DNA of 64,000 bases from NCBI GenBank assembly GCA_040382235.1, contig JBEIFV010000001.1:383-64382 (forward strand). The letters run 5' to 3'. How positions within the stretch are numbered: the stretch's first letter is position 1; each line of letters begins with the position of its first letter. The notes beneath the pieces were generated by a model that was not told where the DNA came from, did not search any database, and was given only the letters and a program-made list of their open reading frames with translations. Origin of the DNA: Burkholderiales bacterium. Lineage in GTDB: Bacteria; Pseudomonadota; Gammaproteobacteria; Burkholderiales; JAEUOS01. Positions 60,771 through 64,000 of the stretch are shown in pieces. Both the position numbers and the translations under genes were made by a program.

Positions 60771-62387
60771 ATGGAACACAAGCACACCGCTCTCGACAAC
60801 CCGCCCTCGCCGGCGCGTCGCGGCTGGCTCAGATCGGGGCTTGCAGGCGCAGCCCTGTTCGCCCCCGGTCCGTTCGCCCGGGTTTGGGCGCAAACCGCGC
60901 AAGGCCCGCAACTGCAACGGCTGCCCAAGATCGCCCTGGTCATCGGCAACGGCAAGTACCGGCAGTCGCCCCTGAAAAACCCCGGCAATGACGCGCGCGC
61001 CATCGGCGAGACCCTGACCGCGCTTGGCTTTGAGGTGGCGATCCGCCTCGATGCCGACCGGGCGACGATGGAAGCCGCATTGGCGACTTATATCGACATG
61101 CTTGCCAGGCGCAAATGCGCCGGCCTTTTCTATTACGCCGGACACGGCATCCAGTTGGCATGGAAGAATTACCTGCTGCCGGTGGACGCCAACGTGACTT
61201 CAGCCAAAGAGGTCCAGCAACAGGGAATCGAGCTCAATGCCCTGATGGCCGACCTCATCAAGGCTGCCAATCCGTTCAACCTTGTGATCCTGGACGCCTG
61301 CCGCGACAACCCCTTCGGTAGCGCCGGACAACCCGAGCAAAAGGGCTTGAGCCAGATGGATGCGCCGGTCGGCACACTGCTGGCCTATGCCACCGCGCCG
61401 GGCAACACCGCCAGCGACGGCGCAGGTGCCAACGGGCTCTACACCGAGAATCTCCTGAAGGAAATGCGCGTCGCCGAGGCACGCGTCGAGGACGTTTTCA
61501 AGCGGGTACGGCTGGCGGTGCGCCGCGCCTCGCAGGGCGCGCAGATTCCATGGGAGAGCACCTCGCTGGAAGAGGACTTCTATTTTCTGCCGTCCGGCAA
61601 TCTGGTCAAACCGGGGGACGCCGAACGGGCGAAGCAGTTCGCCGAGCAGTTGAAGATCTGGGAGTCGATCGAAACCGCCACCAGCGTGGCGCCGTTCGAA
61701 GCCTACCTGCGGCGTTACCCGAGCGGCCTGTTCTCGGAATTGGCGCAATTGCAGCTTGACCGACTGCTGGCGCAGGAAGGCGAAAAGCCGGTGCAGATCG
61801 CGCCATCAGCCGGCAATCCTTACAGCGCTGGCACCGCGCGCAGCGACACCGCGTTTCGGGTGGGCGATCTGTTCGTCTATCGCTTGTCCGATCGCTCAAG
61901 TGGAAACTTCAAACGGCGGATAACGATACGCGTAAGCGCAGTAACCGAACAGGAGGTTATGTATCAAGGCAGCCTGCTCACCACCGATCTATTGGGCAAC
62001 TTGCGGCGCAGCGGCGACGGGCGACGCTACACCGGATATCAGGCCTTGCCCACTGAATATGCGGTCGGCAAGCAATGGTCGACCCACTATCGCGTGACCT
62101 ATCCCGACAACACCGAGCGCGTCGCGGAATACCTGTTCCGCATCACCGCGAAGGAGCGCATTACGGTGCCCGCCGGTACCTTCGAGTGTTATCGCGTCGA
62201 AGGCAAAGGTTTGAGCCGCCCGCTGCACGGCTCATCAAGTTCGACCCTGATGTTCAACTCCTGGATGGCGCCCGAAAAGTGCCGGCGCTACATCAAGTGG
62301 GAAACCGAGTTCATCGCCTACGGTCGAGGGGGTGCCAGCGTGGTGGAGAACGATCGCCATGAGCTTGAATCGTTCAAGCAAACCTGA
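60771..62387 (+). CDS. Caspase-family (peptidase C14) protein with Tat-type signal and uncharacterised C-terminal domain
   Basis: Internal Met at 60771. The twin-arginine signal is SPARRGWLRSGLAGAALFAP...VWAQ. The caspase His/Cys dyad context is FYYAGHGIQ and VILDACRDNPF. About 300 C-terminal residues have no motif I recognise. Confidence 0.8.
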   Translation: MEHKHTALDNPPSPARRGWLRSGLAGAALFAPGPFARVWAQTAQGPQLQRLPKIALVIGNGKYRQSPLKNPGNDARAIGETLTALGFEVAIRLDADRATMEAALATYIDMLARRKCAGLFYYAGHGIQLAWKNYLLPVDANVTSAKEVQQQGIELNALMADLIKAANPFNLVILDACRDNPFGSAGQPEQKGLSQMDAPVGTLLAYATAPGNTASDGAGANGLYTENLLKEMRVAEARVEDVFKRVRLAVRRASQGAQIPWESTSLEEDFYFLPSGNLVKPGDAERAKQFAEQLKIWESIETATSVAPFEAYLRRYPSGLFSELAQLQLDRLLAQEGEKPVQIAPSAGNPYSAGTARSDTAFRVGDLFVYRLSDRSSGNFKRRITIRVSAVTEQEVMYQGSLLTTDLLGNLRRSGDGRRYTGYQALPTEYAVGKQWSTHYRVTYPDNTERVAEYLFRITAKERITVPAGTFECYRVEGKGLSRPLHGSSSSTLMFNSWMAPEKCRRYIKWETEFIAYGRGGASVVENDRHELESFKQT

Positions 62388-62523
62388 ACATCTCCGGCTC
62401 GAGCATGGCGAGAAGCGGCAACCCCGGTTCCGACACAACGCAGGCTCCGAGTTGCGTGCCCGATCTGCCTGGTTCATTCTGTGTCTTTCACGACATCGCC
62501 GCCGACCCCGACAGGATTGACCA

Positions 62524-63993
62524 ATGACGCAAGACCATGTTGACGTACTCATTGTAGGCGCCGGCCTTTCCGGCATCGGCGCTGCCTACCATCTGCAGAA
62601 GAATTGTCCGGGAAAAAGCTTTGCGATCCTTGAAGGGCGCGCTTCCAGCGGCGGCACCTGGGACCTGTTCCGCTATCCCGGCATCCGCTCCGATTCCGAC
62701 ATGTATACCCTGGGCTACTCGTTCCGGCCATGGAAGGAGGCCAAGGCGATCGCCGACGGCCCCTCGATCCTCAACTATGTGCGCGAAACTGCGCGCGAGA
62801 ACGGCATCGACCGCAAGATCCGCTTCGGGCACCGCGTGACCGCCGCCTCGTGGTCGTCGGCGGATGCGCAGTGGACGGTGGAAGCCGCGCGCGGGCCGGA
62901 TAACGAAGTGGTGCGCATCACCTGCAGCTTCCTTTTCATGTGTGCCGGCTACTACAGCTACAAGGGCGGCTACGAGCCGGAATTTCCGGGCCGCGCACGC
63001 TTCGCCGGTCGCGTCGTCCACCCGCAGAAGTGGACCTCCGAGATCGACTACGCCGGCAAGCGGGTGGTGGTGATCGGCAGCGGCGCCACCGCCATCACGC
63101 TGGTGCCCGAGATGGCCAGGCAGGCAGCGCATGTGACCATGCTGCAACGCTCACCCACCTACGTGGTGGCGCGCCCGGCGGTCGACCGCGTCGCCGACTT
63201 CCTGCGCCGTGCCCTGCCGGCGAAGCTCGCCTACGCCCTGGTGCGCTGGAAGAACGTGTTGTGGGGCATGTTCATCTACAAGCGCTGCAAGAGCAAGCCG
63301 GAGCGCATGAAGCGCTTCATCGTCGGCATGGTGCGCGCGCAACTGGGGCGCGACTACGATGTGGCCAAGCACTTCACGCCGCGCTACAACCCGTGGTCGC
63401 AACGCATGTGCCTGGTGCCCGACGGCGACCTGTTCGAGGCCATCAAGGCCGGGCGCGCTTCGGTAGTGACCGACACCATAGACACATTTACCGAGACAGG
63501 CATCCGGCTTGCCTCCGGCGCCGAACTCGCAGCCGACCTGATCGTCAGCGCCACCGGCCTGCAACTCGAGGTGCTGGGTGGCCTGGCCGTGTCGGTCGAC
63601 GGGCAGGCGGTGGATTTTTCAAAGGCGATGACCTACAAGGGCATGATGTACGCCGGGGTGCCGAACCTGGCCTCGGCCTTCGGCTACACCAACGCCTCCT
63701 GGACCCTCAAGGCCGACCTCACCTGCGAGTACGTGTGCCGCCTCCTGAACCATATGGAAAAAACCGGCACCCGGCAATGCACGCCGCGCTTGAACGACCC
63801 GGAGGTCAAGCCGCAGCCATGGGTGGATTTCAGTTCGGGATACTTCCAGCGTTCGATCGACAAGCTGCCCAAGCAGGGCTCGAAGCGGCCATGGAAGCTA
63901 TATCAGAACTACGCGCTCGATATTGTCACGCTGAAGTTTGGTGCGCTCACGGATGGGGCGATGGAGTTTTCACGGAGTCAGGGCCGCTCGTGA
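62524..63993 (+). CDS. Flavin-dependent (Baeyer-Villiger/FMO-type) monooxygenase
   Basis: FAD motif VLIVGAGLSGIG, WDLFRYPGIRSDSD, BVMO fingerprint FAGRVVHPQKW, NADPH motif VVVIGSGATA. Confidence 0.85.
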   Translation: MTQDHVDVLIVGAGLSGIGAAYHLQKNCPGKSFAILEGRASSGGTWDLFRYPGIRSDSDMYTLGYSFRPWKEAKAIADGPSILNYVRETARENGIDRKIRFGHRVTAASWSSADAQWTVEAARGPDNEVVRITCSFLFMCAGYYSYKGGYEPEFPGRARFAGRVVHPQKWTSEIDYAGKRVVVIGSGATAITLVPEMARQAAHVTMLQRSPTYVVARPAVDRVADFLRRALPAKLAYALVRWKNVLWGMFIYKRCKSKPERMKRFIVGMVRAQLGRDYDVAKHFTPRYNPWSQRMCLVPDGDLFEAIKAGRASVVTDTIDTFTETGIRLASGAELAADLIVSATGLQLEVLGGLAVSVDGQAVDFSKAMTYKGMMYAGVPNLASAFGYTNASWTLKADLTCEYVCRLLNHMEKTGTRQCTPRLNDPEVKPQPWVDFSSGYFQRSIDKLPKQGSKRPWKLYQNYALDIVTLKFGALTDGAMEFSRSQGRS

Positions 63994-64000
63994 TGGTGCT

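Overview
High-G+C chromosomal window, by gene content from a Burkholderiales-type betaproteobacterium: three orphan Bug/TctC-family binding proteins, class I PhaC, a LiuR/ivd cluster and a protocatechuate 4,5-cleavage (lig/pmd) cluster. I support about 65 protein-coding features. They are almost all catabolic or transport genes: a hydantoinase/oxoprolinase module, an acyl-CoA cluster under a MerR/LiuR-type regulator, the lig cluster with pobA, PhnCDEE-type and LivFGHMK-type ABC systems, and a GntR-associated CoA-transferase/acyl-CoA dehydrogenase module. I saw no rRNA, tRNA, CRISPR array, transposase or integrase. Many long ORFs in the track are antisense shadow ORFs typical of high-GC DNA and are rejected. 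The main non-housekeeping signals are as follows. (1) A 2.6 kb islet (8027-10660) with an AT-rich promoter region sits between two acyl-CoA genes. It encodes a fused XRE-HTH/ImmA-IrrE (M78) peptidase, a translationally coupled PIN-like gene and a hicB-hicA pair. (2) A second hicA-hicB pair lies directly behind ivd inside the LiuR-controlled operon. (3) All three toxin-type genes (PIN, hicA-1, hicA-2) are interrupted, by a frameshift, an in-frame TGA and an in-frame TAG respectively, while their antitoxin or regulator partners are intact. (4) There are perfect palindromic operators for the MerR/LiuR-type and GntR-type regulators. (5) The lig-cluster LysR regulator probably carries a 3-prime frameshift. 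(6) A lower-GC patch (about 35.5-38.3 kb) holds an orphan REC-histidine kinase hybrid and apparently decayed sequence. (7) A Tat-signal caspase-like (C14) protein carries an uncharacterised C-terminal domain. I found no clearly novel multi-gene system. The XRE-M78/PIN/HicBA islet is the best candidate for a defence or addiction locus, and it appears to be decaying.
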